A stretch of 64,000 nt of DNA from an uncultured delta proteobacterium (GTDB lineage Bacteria; Myxococcota; Myxococcia; Myxococcales; Anaeromyxobacteraceae). Positions 47,645-58,900 of the stretch are shown piece by piece. Below the pieces are notes generated by a model. That model was not told where the DNA came from. It was given only the letters and a program-made list of their open reading frames with translations, and searched no databases. The stretch covers positions 32,001 to 96,000 of the forward strand of contig CAWHDZ010000015.1 of the NCBI GenBank assembly GCA_963828255.1, given 5' to 3'. The stretch's first letter is position 1; every line of letters begins with the position of its first letter. The position numbers and the translations under genes were made by a program.

Positions 47645-49330
47645 CTACTTCGCGCCCTTCGTCGCCGCCGGGGCCGGCGCCGGATCGTTCATGGCGAGCG
47701 GCCCCTTCGCGACGAGCGACGTCGCCAGGATCTCGGCCTGCCGCGACAGGTCGATGGACTCGCCGAGGATCCGCGCGAGCTCCTGGGGGGCATGGAAGCC
47801 CATGGAGTTCTCCGCGGCCACGTAGTCGAGGCGCCACTGCGCCGCCCGCTGCAGGTTCTCGAGCTTCTGGAGCTGCGGGCTCTTCTCGACCGCCTCGCGC
47901 CAGGCGGCGAGCAGGTTCGCCTTCACCTCCCCCGCCATCATCTTCTCCTGCTCCTCCTTGGTCGCCTTCTGGTAGGCGGGCTGCGCCTGGAGCGTGGCCG
48001 TCGCCTTCGCGACCGCCGCGGGCCGGGCCTTCTCGTCGAAGGGCTTCCGCACCGCCACGATGGAGTCGATCATGGCCACCGCGGCGTTCCCGGCGCGGGT
48101 CATGAGCGCGAAGTGGCGGTCCTGGATGGCCGTGACGCGCGCCTTCAGCTCGTCGTCGCCGTACGGGTGGCAGCTGGCGCAGGCGCGGTTCGGGGAGAGC
48201 AGCGGGCTGCGGACCCAGTGCTCGGACACCTTCTGCGCTCCCTCCCGCTTGTAGGGCATGTGGCAGTCGGCGCAGGTCACGCCGCTGCGGGCGTGGATGC
48301 CGGTGCTCCAGACCTCGAACTCGGGGTGCTGGGCCTTCAGGAGCTCGAAGCCGGTCTCGGCGTGCGTCCAGTCCTTGAAGCGCTTCCCCTTTACCTCGGT
48401 GCCATCGTACAGCGCCTCCATCTGCTCCACCTTCAGCCCCTTCGCCCAGGGGAAGAAGATGGTCATGCCCTTGCCGCAGAAGTACTCCACGTGACACTGG
48501 CCGCAGGCGAAGGCCCGCTTCTCCTGCCGGGTGGCGTCCAGGTTCGGATCGTACGGCTTCGATTGGTCGCCCCGACGCCACCGCTCGATGGACGGGAACG
48601 CCACCGCATCGCCATCGGACGCGGCGAGCTTCTGGATGCCGGTGATGAAGCCCGGCCTCGTCGCGCGCAGTTCCATCGACTGTGGGTCGTGGCAGTCCAC
48701 GCAGGAGACCGGGTGGACCTTCCCGCCGCCCAGGTCCCCGAGCGCCTTGTGGGCGTCCCAGTAGCTCATCTCCGAGACCTTCACGAGGCCGGCCTGGACC
48801 TGCTCGGCCTTGCTGGCCTGCGGCGCGGCCTCCTGCCCGAGCTTGGCGTAGAGCGGCGTGATCGAGGCGTGGCAGTGGAGGCAGTTGCCCGACTGCTTGT
48901 TCTCGGCCGGGACGTTGCGCTTCGTCTTCTCCTGATCGAAGAGCATGAAGGCGTGGCCCCGCCGGTCGCGGAAGTCCACCGCGAAGAGGTACCCGGCGAA
49001 GATCCGCTTGAGCCAGGGATCCCGGTCGGCCTTCTGGGGGGCCGGCTGGCCCTCGCTGGCGCCGGCCGCGCCGCCGTACTTGGTGCTCGTGGGGTCGGCG
49101 GTCTTGAGGTACCCGTCGTATTCCCGGGGCCAGTTCTTCCCCCACTTGGCCGGGTCGGTGTCGGCCTCGGTCACCTCGACCACCTTCACGTACTGGTGAC
49201 GGGCCGCCTCCTTCCGCTCGGCGATGTTCACGAGCAGGGCGGCGGCGCCGACCGCGGCGAGGGCGAAGACGCCGATGACCAGGGCCACGAGGAGCCCGCG
49301 CTTCTTCTGGGGCTGGGGTTCTACGGACAT
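47645..49330 (-). CDS. nrfA: ammonia-forming cytochrome c552 nitrite reductase
   Basis: RGH, five heme motifs (CLHCH, CVDCH, CGQCHVEY, CADCHMPY, CASCH), KAQHPEFE, ENSMGFHAP. Confidence 0.93.
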   Translation of the reverse strand: MSVEPQPQKKRGLLVALVIGVFALAAVGAAALLVNIAERKEAARHQYVKVVEVTEADTDPAKWGKNWPREYDGYLKTADPTSTKYGGAAGASEGQPAPQKADRDPWLKRIFAGYLFAVDFRDRRGHAFMLFDQEKTKRNVPAENKQSGNCLHCHASITPLYAKLGQEAAPQASKAEQVQAGLVKVSEMSYWDAHKALGDLGGGKVHPVSCVDCHDPQSMELRATRPGFITGIQKLAASDGDAVAFPSIERWRRGDQSKPYDPNLDATRQEKRAFACGQCHVEYFCGKGMTIFFPWAKGLKVEQMEALYDGTEVKGKRFKDWTHAETGFELLKAQHPEFEVWSTGIHARSGVTCADCHMPYKREGAQKVSEHWVRSPLLSPNRACASCHPYGDDELKARVTAIQDRHFALMTRAGNAAVAMIDSIVAVRKPFDEKARPAAVAKATATLQAQPAYQKATKEEQEKMMAGEVKANLLAAWREAVEKSPQLQKLENLQRAAQWRLDYVAAENSMGFHAPQELARILGESIDLSRQAEILATSLVAKGPLAMNDPAPAPAATKGAK

Positions 49331-49370
49331 GACGTTCTCCTTCTTTCGTGCGGTGCGGTTGGAGGCTCGA

Positions 49371-49826
49371 TCAGCGAAGGTGTCCGACGGAGGCGTGGCA
49401 GCGGACGCAGGAGATCCCGCCGTCGTGTGCGATGTCGTCGACCAGGTCGGCGTGGCAGCGACGGCAGTTCGCCTCCACCACCTCGCGGCTCTCGGGGCGC
49501 GCGCGGATGTTCTCGGGGTACCCGCCGACCGTGAATGCCATGGAGTGGTGGTAGCCGTTCAGCGCCTTGACCAGGTACTTGGAGACGGGGCCCGCCGGCG
49601 TGTGGCAGTCGTTGCAGGTGGCGATGAGGTGGTGGGGCGACGCCTGCCAGCCCTCGAGGTGGCCCGCCATCACGTGGCAGTTGGCGCACGTCGCGGGGTC
49701 GTTGCCGAGGTACGAGTCGCCCTTCGCGTAGCGGAAGGCGTAGCCTCCGATCCCGAGCGCGAGGCCGAACGTGGCGGCCAGGATCAGGGGGACGGAGAGT
49801 GGAGTCAGGCCACGGTTCGGCTTCAT
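49371..49826 (-). CDS. nrfH: tetraheme cytochrome c nitrite reductase small subunit
   Basis: TM anchor; CANCHVM, CNDCH, CRRCH, CVRCH..VGH. Confidence 0.93.
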   Translation of the reverse strand: MKPNRGLTPLSVPLILAATFGLALGIGGYAFRYAKGDSYLGNDPATCANCHVMAGHLEGWQASPHHLIATCNDCHTPAGPVSKYLVKALNGYHHSMAFTVGGYPENIRARPESREVVEANCRRCHADLVDDIAHDGGISCVRCHASVGHLR

Positions 49827-49902
49827 GGGTGTCCTCGGCGTTTCGACCAGTGTTTCACGCATCGAACGTGTGCGGAGCGGCCTCGTTGGGGCTTCGAGTG
49901 CC

Positions 49903-50571
49903 CTACGCCGTTCGGGTGAACGTGGTGACGAACTCGTCGGGGCCGGTCTCGACGGTCACCCCCCGTACCCCGAGGGCGGCGGCGCGCTCCAGTACCGGGC
50001 CGGGGACGTGCGGCGTGACGAGCTCGTAAGCCTCTCCGGCGCCGAGGGCCGCGAGGTCTCGGAGGACCTCCTCCACGGGGTGGATGCCCTGGGCCTTGAG
50101 CGGGCGGGCGTCGAGCCGCTTCACGAGGCGCTGCGCCCCGGGGAGCGCCTCGAGTTCCTTCACGCGCTGCCGGAGCGTCTTTTCCCGCTGGAAGCGCTCC
50201 GTCACGTCGCGGAAGACCGCCACCACGAAGGCGATGCGCCCTGCGTCGTCCGGGACGAGCTGGATGGAGAACTCCACCGAGAGTTGGCGACCGTCCTTGT
50301 GGAGCGCGGGCACCGCGAGGAGCCGTTCCGCCCCGTAGCGCGTGACTCCCGTCTCCATGACCTCGTTCCAGCCGCCCCAGTGCCTACCGCGAAGCCGCTC
50401 GGGGATGATGACGTCCATGGAGGAGCCCAGCACCTCGACCCCGGAGAAGCCGAAGGTCCGCTCGGAGGCCGCGTTCCAGTAAAGGATCTTGCCCGCGCGG
50501 TCGGATACGAGGACGGCGTCGGGAGATCCATCGAGGATGCGCTGGGGGAGCCCGAAGGGGAGCGCGTTCAT
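49903..50571 (-). CDS. PAS domain protein with DUF2249-like C-terminal domain
   Basis: SPDAVLVSDRAGKI..WNAASE..FG..HKDG..RDVTER, then LDARP..HPVEEV..LVTPHVP. Confidence 0.75.
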   Translation of the reverse strand: MNALPFGLPQRILDGSPDAVLVSDRAGKILYWNAASERTFGFSGVEVLGSSMDVIIPERLRGRHWGGWNEVMETGVTRYGAERLLAVPALHKDGRQLSVEFSIQLVPDDAGRIAFVVAVFRDVTERFQREKTLRQRVKELEALPGAQRLVKRLDARPLKAQGIHPVEEVLRDLAALGAGEAYELVTPHVPGPVLERAAALGVRGVTVETGPDEFVTTFTRTA

Positions 50572-51901
50572 GGTGTCCTCCGGGCGGTGGCCGGCCGGAG
50601 CCCCGGCTCCATCTCCTCGGCGATGAGTGGCGCCGCGTCCCTCGACATCCGCCGCACCACCACCTGCATCCAGACGAGGCAGGTCACCGAGAGGACGAAG
50701 AGGAAGGCGAACGTCGTGGTCGGCAGGTGGGTCGCCTGGGTCATGGCGCCGAAGAGGATGGGCATGACGAACCCGCCGAGGCCGCCGATGACGCCGACGA
50801 GGCCCCCCACCGAACCAACCTTGTCCGGGAAGTAGTGCGGGATGTGCTTGAACACGGCGGCCTTGCCGATTCCCATGGCGAGGCCAAGCATGAAGACGAC
50901 CACCGTGAAGAGGGTCGGGGTCATCCGGAGGGAAAGGTGCGGCGCGGCCCCAGCACCCACGTACTTGGCCGGCACGATGAAACCCAGATCCACGTCGGGA
51001 AACGAGAGCAGGAAGGTCGTCAACACGCAGATGGAGAGCACCCAGTACATGACGGTCCTGGCCCCGTAGCGATCGGAGAGCCAGCCGCCCGGGGCGCGGA
51101 TGATGCCCGACGGGAAGACGAAGATGGCGGCGAGCAGCGCCGCGTCCTTCAGCGGGAGGCCGAAGACGTCGATGTAGTACTTGGGCAGCCAGAGCGAGAG
51201 CGCCACGTAGCCGCCGAAGACCAGGAAGTAGTAGAGGCTGAACCGCCACACCCGCATGTGCTTGAGCGGGGAGAGGAGTTGCCTGATCGTCTCCTGCTTG
51301 TGATGGGAGTGGTCGGTGTAGGTGAACGTCCAGTAGATGGCGGCCGTGATCAGCACGGCGACGGCGTAGACGAAGGGAACGAAGCGCCAGCCGCCCGGGA
51401 TGACCCCAGGCCGCCAACCGGGACCACCAGCATCAGGGCGGGGGCGAAGAGCTTGGTGAGCGACGCGCCGGTGTTCCCGGCCCCGAAGATGCCGAGCGCC
51501 GTGCCCTGCAACCGCTGCGGGAACCAGGCCGAGGTGTACGCAATGCCCACCGCGAAGGTCGTCCCGGCCATGCCGATGAAGAGCCCGAGCACCAGGTACT
51601 GCCAGTACTGGGTGGCGAAGCAGAGGAGCAACAGTGGGATGGCGGTCGTCGCCAGGAGCGCGGTGAAGATGGGGCGGCCGCCGATCCAGTCGGTGGCCAT
51701 CCCGATGGGAAGGCGCAGGAGCGATCCTGTGAGGATGGGGAGCGCCACCAGAAGGGCGAACTCGGTCTCGCCGAGGGAGAGCTCCTTCCGGATGGCGATC
51801 CCGACGATGGCGAAGATCACCCACACGGCAAACATCACCGTGAACCCGAAGGTGTTCATGGTGAGGACGCTGTTGCGCTTCCACTTCTCCGACCGTTCCA
51901 T
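50568..51901 (-). CDS. narK: NarK-family nitrate/nitrite MFS transporter (frameshift near 51408)
   Basis: PILTGSLLRLP, GTALGIFGAGN, GIGKAAVFKHIP, GGLGGF; frames join with one added base in a G run. Confidence 0.88.
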
Positions 51902-51915
51902 GGGCGTCGTTCCTG

Positions 51916-53292
51916 CTAGCAGGGCATCTCGGCGTTGCGTCGCGCGTAGACCCACCAGGTGATGAGGATGCAGCTCACGTAAACGACGATGAACCCCACG
52001 AAGGCGGCCGAGGGCGACCCGGTGGACTTCATCGAGACGCCGAAGGCCCGCGGGATGAAGAAGGCGCCGTAGGCCGCCACCGCCGAGCTGAACCCGATCA
52101 CCGCCGCCGACTCCTTGGCCGAGTCCTTCCTCGCCTGGGCGATGCCGGCCGGTCCCTGTCCCTCGGTGAGCCGCTCGTGGAACGTGAGGAACATGACCGG
52201 GATCATCCTGAACGTGGAACCGTTCCCGACGCCGGAGGTGAGGAAGAGGAGGAGGAACATGGCGAGGAAGCCGGGGAAGCTGCCCGCTCCCCCGTCGCGG
52301 GGGAGGAAGAAGAGGACACCGCCGGCGAAGGCCGCCATGGCGACGAAGTTCCAGAGGGTCACCCTCGCGCCTCCGAGCTTGTCGGAGAGCCAGCCGCCCA
52401 CGGGGCGCGCCAGCGCGCCCACCAGCGGCCCGAGGAAGGCGTACTTCACCGGATCCACGCCGGGGAAGAGGGCCTTGATGAGGAGCGGCAGCCCCGCCGA
52501 GAAGCCGATGAAGGAGCCGAAGGTCCCGACGTAGAGCCAGCACATGATCCAGTTGTGCTTGCGCCTGAAGATGATCGACTGCTCGCGGAAGGAGGCCTTG
52601 GCGGACGCGATGTCGTTCATCCCGAACCAGGCCGCCACCACGCAGGCCGCCACGAATGGCACCCAGACGAAGCCAGCGTTCTGGAGCCAGATCGAGGCTC
52701 CCCTTGCGGTGTGCTGGGGCGCGCCGCCGATCCCGCCGAAGACGCCGGCGGTGATGACGAGCGGGACCACGAACTGCATGGTGGAGACGCCCAGGTTGCC
52801 GAGCCCGGCGTTCAAGCCCAGCGCCGTGCCCTTCTGGTCCTTGGGGAAGAAGAAGCTGATGTTGGCCATGCTGGAGGCGAAGTTCCCGCCCCCGAAGCCG
52901 CAGAGGAGCGCCAGCACCAGCATGGTCGTGTAGGAGGTGGTGGGATCCTGGACCGCGAAACCGATGCCCACCGCGGGCAGCAGGAGCGACGCCGTGGAGA
53001 TTGCCGTCCACCTCCGCCCGCCGAAGATGGGGACCATGAACGAGTAGAAGATGCGCAGGGTGGCGCCGGAGAGACCGGGGAGGGCCGCCAGCCAGAAGAG
53101 CTGGTCGGTGGTGAACCTGAACCCCACCTCCGGAAGCCGCACCACCACCACGCTCCAGACCATCCAGACCGCGAAGGAGAGGAGCAGGGCCGGGATGGAG
53201 ATCCAGAGGTTCCTCTTGGCGACGGCGCGCCCCTCGGAGGTCCAGAACGCCTTGTCCTCGACGTCCCAGCGCTCGAGCACGCGCGAGCTCAT
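51916..53292 (-). CDS. narK: NarK/NarU-family nitrate/nitrite transporter
   Basis: RNLWISIP, GGGNFASSMANISFFFP, TFGSFIGFS, GNGSTFRMIP. Confidence 0.93.
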   Translation of the reverse strand: MSSRVLERWDVEDKAFWTSEGRAVAKRNLWISIPALLLSFAVWMVWSVVVVRLPEVGFRFTTDQLFWLAALPGLSGATLRIFYSFMVPIFGGRRWTAISTASLLLPAVGIGFAVQDPTTSYTTMLVLALLCGFGGGNFASSMANISFFFPKDQKGTALGLNAGLGNLGVSTMQFVVPLVITAGVFGGIGGAPQHTARGASIWLQNAGFVWVPFVAACVVAAWFGMNDIASAKASFREQSIIFRRKHNWIMCWLYVGTFGSFIGFSAGLPLLIKALFPGVDPVKYAFLGPLVGALARPVGGWLSDKLGGARVTLWNFVAMAAFAGGVLFFLPRDGGAGSFPGFLAMFLLLFLTSGVGNGSTFRMIPVMFLTFHERLTEGQGPAGIAQARKDSAKESAAVIGFSSAVAAYGAFFIPRAFGVSMKSTGSPSAAFVGFIVVYVSCILITWWVYARRNAEMPC

Positions 53293-53969
53293 CGGGAGCC
53301 TCCGGGCGACGCCGGACGGGGGCGCCGCCAGATGACGACCTGGGGAATCCGCCACAGGTACTCGACAGGCGCGACGAAGATGTGGGCGAGCCGCGTGTAG
53401 GGGACGAGCGCAATGAGCACGAAGGCGTTGAGCGCGTGGATCTTCATGACCACGGGCAGGTTCACCATGAGGTCCACGCGGGGCGCGTGACGGACGAGCG
53501 AGCCGAGCCAGGGGGTGGCGACGTGGGGGAACCAGGCGTATCCCCAGCGCGCCGTCACCGCCGTGTAGACGCCGGTCACAACCTGCACGAGCAGAAGCGC
53601 CATCACCGCCCAGTCGAGCCAGGTGGTCTCCCCACGAAGCGTGAAGCGGCGGACGCCGAGGACCAGGAGACCCCAGAGCGCGGTGATCCCCAGGGCGAGC
53701 CCCGTCACCTCGATGGCGATGAGCCGACCGGGAGAGGAGAGGGCGGCCGTCACCAGCCCGGGGAGGAAGACCGCGGCCAGGTGGGCGAGCAGCACGAGGA
53801 GGATGGCGTAATGCCAGGAGACCGAGCCCCAGTACTGCAACCGGCTCTCGAGCATCTGGGATGAGGAACTGGTCACCGTGGAGCGCATCGTCCGGAAGCG
53901 ACGGAACGCGCCCACCACGGCCACCGCAATGGCGATGTACGGGAACACGCCGAACAGGAAGGCATCCAT
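53289..53969 (-). CDS. narI: respiratory nitrate reductase gamma subunit
   Basis: FGVFPY, SSSSQMLE, WH..AH, KIH..PYTRLAH. Confidence 0.92.
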   Translation of the reverse strand: MDAFLFGVFPYIAIAVAVVGAFRRFRTMRSTVTSSSSQMLESRLQYWGSVSWHYAILLVLLAHLAAVFLPGLVTAALSSPGRLIAIEVTGLALGITALWGLLVLGVRRFTLRGETTWLDWAVMALLLVQVVTGVYTAVTARWGYAWFPHVATPWLGSLVRHAPRVDLMVNLPVVMKIHALNAFVLIALVPYTRLAHIFVAPVEYLWRIPQVVIWRRPRPASPGGSR

Positions 53970-54487
53970 CACGCCACCTCCTCGCGCAGGGCGGCCAGCA
54001 CCGAGCGGTAGACGTTGTCCGGGTCGAGCGGGGCTTCCAGCATCTTGTCGAGCGCGGGGACGAGACCGTCCCGGAGCAGGGCCTGCCGCGACGGACCGTC
54101 CGGGACGACCGACAGGTAGCGAAGGACGACCGCGACGTGGTCGGGAAGCTCTCCCCGGGGAGTGCCCCCCTCGAAACCGTCCTGTCGGTACACGTCGGCG
54201 AGCTTCGCCATGAAGAGGCCTCGCTTCGGCCCCTCGCCGCAGAGGTGGTGTCCGACGTATGGGGCGCAGGCGGGGTCGAGGTCGAAGGTGGAGGAGAAGA
54301 CCTCCTCCATCTCGTGGGGACGGGCGGCCTCGGCCCGGGTGACGAAGCGGTCGAGGTGCCTGGCCGAGCCGCGGTCGCCGACCAGCTCTCGGCACCGCCG
54401 CGCGGCCGGGGCGGGATCGCTCGCCGGGTAGGAGAGAAGAACGGCGAAGGCCTCGAGGAGCTGCTCCTGGCGTGCGGGATCGGTCAC
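53969..54487 (-). CDS. narJ: nitrate reductase molybdenum-cofactor assembly chaperone
   Basis: LLSYP, TFDL, ELPDH; lies between narH and narI. Confidence 0.88.
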   Translation of the reverse strand: MTDPARQEQLLEAFAVLLSYPASDPAPAARRCRELVGDRGSARHLDRFVTRAEAARPHEMEEVFSSTFDLDPACAPYVGHHLCGEGPKRGLFMAKLADVYRQDGFEGGTPRGELPDHVAVVLRYLSVVPDGPSRQALLRDGLVPALDKMLEAPLDPDNVYRSVLAALREEVA

Positions 54488-54490
54488 GGG

Positions 54491-55963
54491 TCACCTCCCC
54501 GGGGGCGGACGCAGGTAGGCGAAGCCGGCCGCGTTCTGCCGCTGCGGCTCGACGGTGGGGTCGGTGAATCCCTCGCGCATCATGGGAGGGATGACGATCC
54601 GCTCATCCATGCTGGCCAGCGAGGTGAGCCGGTAGATGTCGTTGGCGGCTTCGGCGGATAGGCCTGCCACCGACATGGCGTCGGTGACGAGGTGCGCGGC
54701 GAGGTCACCGACCTGCGTCGCGCGCCGGTGCAGCCTCACCGCCATGAGCTTCCGGTAGGCTGCCTTCACGACCTCCTCGTTCCCCGCGGAGAAGAGGCTG
54801 GCCAGGTACCTGAACGGGAGCCGGGCCTTCTCCAGCGAGGTGAAGAAGCTCGCCTCCCCCTCGGCGACGTCCTGCGCCATGGCGGGCAGGAGCGGCGGCA
54901 CGTAGAAGAGCATCGGGAGCGTGCGGTACTCGGGGTGCAGCGGCAGCGCGATCTCCCACTCCTTCACGAAGCGATAGACGGGCGACCGGCGGGCCGACTC
55001 GATCACCGCGTCGGGCACTCCGTTGGCTCGGGCCGCGGCCGCCACGGCCGGGTCGAACGGGTCGAGGATGAGCGAGCGCTGCGCGGCCACCAGCTCGGCG
55101 TCGGTCTTCCCGGCGACCTCCAGCAGCCTGTCGGCGTCGTAGAGCAGCACCCCCAGGTAGCGGATGCGCCCCACGCAGGTGTGGAAGCAGGCAGGCGCCT
55201 CGCCGGCCTCGAGCCGGGGGTAGCAGAGGATGCACTTCTCCGACTTCCCGGTGGACCAGTTGAAGTAGATCTTCTTGTACGGGCAAGCCGACACGCACAT
55301 GCGCCAGCCGCGGCAGCGGTCCTGGTTCACGAGGACGATGCCGTCCTCGCCCCGCTTGTAGATCGCCCCTGACGGGCAGGCGGCCACGCAGGCGGCGTTC
55401 AGGCAGTGGTTGCAGATGCGAGGCAGGTAGAAGAAGACCATCCGCTCGATGCCCTGCAACTCGGCCCGCTCCTCCTCGGAGAGGCCGGCCAGGTTCGGAT
55501 CCTGCGCCGCGTAAACCGGCGACCCGGAGAGATCGTCGTCCCAGTTCGGGCCGCTCCGGATCTCCATGGGCTTGCCGTCGATGAGGGAGATGGGCCGCGC
55601 GGTCGGCTGGTCGTTCCCCGCCGGGGCGTTGAAGAGGTTGCCGTAGTCGTACGTGAAGGGCTCGTAGTAGTCGTCGAGCACCGGGAGCAGCGGATTCGAG
55701 AAGATCCGCGCCAGGCTGGCCAGCCGGCCGCCCTGCCGGAGCTTCAGCCCGTCCCCGTCCCTCTTCCAGCCCCCCTTGTACTGCTCCTGGTCCTCCCAGG
55801 AACTCGGGTAGCCGGTGCCGGGCTTGGTCTCGACGTTGTTCCACCACGCGTATTCGAGACCGCGGCGGTCGGTCCACTGGTTCTTGCAGGCCACGCTGCA
55901 GGTGTGGCACCCGATGCACTTGTCGAGATGGAACACCGTCGAGATCTGCGAGCGCACGTTCAT
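54491..55963 (-). CDS. narH: respiratory nitrate reductase beta subunit
   Basis: DKCIGCHTCSVAC, WNNVETKPG, CNHCLNAAC, CRGWRMC, CILCYPR. Confidence 0.96.
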   Translation of the reverse strand: MNVRSQISTVFHLDKCIGCHTCSVACKNQWTDRRGLEYAWWNNVETKPGTGYPSSWEDQEQYKGGWKRDGDGLKLRQGGRLASLARIFSNPLLPVLDDYYEPFTYDYGNLFNAPAGNDQPTARPISLIDGKPMEIRSGPNWDDDLSGSPVYAAQDPNLAGLSEEERAELQGIERMVFFYLPRICNHCLNAACVAACPSGAIYKRGEDGIVLVNQDRCRGWRMCVSACPYKKIYFNWSTGKSEKCILCYPRLEAGEAPACFHTCVGRIRYLGVLLYDADRLLEVAGKTDAELVAAQRSLILDPFDPAVAAAARANGVPDAVIESARRSPVYRFVKEWEIALPLHPEYRTLPMLFYVPPLLPAMAQDVAEGEASFFTSLEKARLPFRYLASLFSAGNEEVVKAAYRKLMAVRLHRRATQVGDLAAHLVTDAMSVAGLSAEAANDIYRLTSLASMDERIVIPPMMREGFTDPTVEPQRQNAAGFAYLRPPPGR

Positions 55964-55976
55964 GGCGTGTCCCCGG

Positions 55977-58900
55977 TCAGTACTGCGGCGATCCGTCGAG
56001 CTTGCGCACGCGGATGAAGGTGTCCCGGTTGTTCCCGGTGGGGCCCCAGTAGTTGAGGGCGAAGGTGAACTGGCCGTAGCCGCCCAGCATGAGCGTGGGC
56101 TTCAAGCGCACCCGCGTCAGGCTGTTGTGGCCGCCGGCCCGCTTGCCGCCTCGCTCCGGACTCTTCGGGACGCCGATGGTCCGCTCCGGCGCGTGGTAGA
56201 GCAGGCACAAGCCCGTGGGGATTCGCGCCGAGACCACGCAGCGCACCACCACCACACCGTGGTCGTTGAAGGCCTCGACCCAGTCGTTGTCCTGCAGACC
56301 GATGCTGGCCGCGTCCTTGTCGTTCATCCAGAGCGGATGGGTGCCGCGGGAGAGCGACAGCATGCGGAGGTTGTCTCCGAAGGTGGAGTGGATGCCCCAC
56401 TTCCCGTGCGGGGTGAGGTAGTTGAGCTGCAGGCTCTGGCGGCCGTCCCCGGAGGCCTCCAGGTCGCGGACGATGTCCGCCCCCGGCTTCGGCTTGTAGG
56501 TGGGGAGCGCCTCCCCGAAGGCGATGAAACCCGGGTGGTCGAGGTAGAAGTGCTGGCGACCGGTGAGCGTCCGCCAGGGCACGAGCCGCTCCACGTTGAG
56601 GCAGTAGGCCGAGTAGGTTCGGCCGTTGCCGGTGATGCCGGTCCAGCAGGGGCTGTCGAGGAGCCGGCGCGGCTGGCGGGCCAGGTCCTGGAAGGTAGTC
56701 CGGACGTTGCGGCTTCCGGCCACGAGGTCCGTGAGCGGCATCCCGACCTTCTTCTCCTCGGCGGCGAAGGCGCGGAAGGCCGATTCGCCGTTGGTCTCCG
56801 GAGCGAGGTGCAGGATGACGTTTGCGGCGTCCTTCGCGTTCGCGATGGACGGATAGCGCACGCCGCCCCACTCCTCTCGCGGACGGTCGCGCACGAGCTC
56901 GTCGTAGAGATCGTCCACCGGCCAGGTGATGCCGTGGGCGCCGATGCCCTGTGTGCGCACCACCGGTCCGAAGGAGATGAACTTCCTGTGGAGGTTGACG
57001 TAGTCCCGGTCGACGTACGACAGGCCGGGCATGGTCTTCCCCGGAACCGGCTCGCACTCCCCGTCCGCCCAGTCGAGCAGCTCCCGCTGGGCCATCTCCG
57101 CTGGGGTGTCGTGCTGGAGGGGGCGGGTCACGATCTCGCGCACTGGTTCGGGCAGGTGCGTCCTGGCGAGCTCGCTCACCTTCTCGGCGATGGCCTTGAA
57201 GATGTCCCAGTCGCTCCTCGACTCCCAGCAGGGCGGGACCGCCGCCTGGAGGGGGTGGATGAACGAGTGCATGTCGGTGGAGTTGAGGTCGTCCTTCTCG
57301 TACCAGGTGGCCGCGGGCAGGATGACGTCGGAGTAGAGCGCGGTCGTGTCCATCCGGAAGTTGAGGTCGACGACCAGGTCGAGCTTCCCCTTCGGCGCAG
57401 GGTCCCGCCAGGCGACGTCCTCGACCTCCCCCTTGGCGGTCTCGGGCGCCACGGCGTTCGAGTGGGTGCCCAGATAGTGGCGCAGGAAGTACTCGTGCCC
57501 CTTGGCGGACGACATGAGGGCGTTGCCTCGCCAGATGAACCAGAGGCGCGGCCAGTTCTCCGGCGCGTCCGGGTCCTCCACCGAGAACTTGAGCTTCCTC
57601 GCCTTCAGCTGGTCGACCACCCAGGCGCTCACCTCGGCGTCGGACTTCGCTCCGGCCGCCTTCGCCTCCTTCACCACCGCGACGGGAGTGCGGTCGAACT
57701 GGGGGAAGAAGGGGAGCCAGCCGAGCCGGACGGCACGGGCCTGGTGATCCATGGTGTGGCGGGTGGCGAACGCGCTCGGGATGGGAAGCGGGTTGAGCTT
57801 CTCGTCCTCGCTGGCCCGCTCGTAGCGCCACTGGTCGGAGTGGACGTAGTGGAAGCTGGGCGCGTTCTGGAGCCGCGGGGGCCCTGCCCAGTCGAGCGCG
57901 AAGGCCAGCGCCGACCAGGGGGCCACCGGAGCGAGCTTCTCCTGCCCCACGTAGTGGTTGAGCCCGCCGCCGTTCTTGCCGATGCAGCCGCAGAGGACGA
58001 GGCCGGCGATGGCGGCGCGGTAGGCGTGATCGCCGTGGTACCACTGGTTCACGCCGGCGCCGATGATGACCGAGCACTTGCCGCCGGTCTTGTCGGCGGT
58101 GGTGGCCCATTCCCGGGCGAAGCGGATCACCTCGGCCGCGGAGACGCCGGTGAAGCGCTCCTGCCAGGCGGGGGTATAGGCGGCGTCGGCGTCGTCGTAG
58201 GCCGACGGGTAGTCGCCGGCGAGACCACGGGAGACCCCGTACTGGGCGAAGAGCAGGTCGTAGACGGTCGCCACCTGCACCGGGCCGCCCAGCGTCTCCA
58301 CGGTGCGCACCGGGACGCCGCGAAGGGCCACCTTCCCCGAGGCATACTCGTCGAAGGACACCTGGGCGACGGCGTCGGTCGATCCCAGGAAGGAGGTCTG
58401 GGCGTCGATCTCCAGGCCGTCGACGCCATCCTTCATCTCGAGGTTCCACTGCCCTTTCTCGTGCTGCCAGCGGAACCCCAGCGTTCCGCGGGGCATGCGG
58501 GGGGCTCTGGCCGTTCCGTCCCAGACCAGGAACTTGAAATCCCCGTTCTCGGCATCCTTGGTGCGGGCGAGCTGGCTGGCGCGCAGCATGCGGCCGGGGC
58601 GCAGCGCCCCGGCGTGCTCCTCCAGCTCCACCAGGAACGGGGCGTCGCTGTATCGGCGCACGTAGTCGAGGAAGTAGGGGGTCTGCTTCTCGTGGTGGAA
58701 CTCCTTCAGGATGACGTGGTCCACGGCCAGCCAGAAGGCGGCATCCTGGCCGGCGTGGATGGGGATCCACTGATCGGCATACTTGGACGTCATGCTGAAG
58801 TCGGGGCTGAGCACCACCAGCTTTGCGCCGTCGTGGCGGGCCTCGGCCGCGAAGTGGACGTCGGGGGTGCGGGTCATTCCGAGATTTGCGCCCATCGAGA

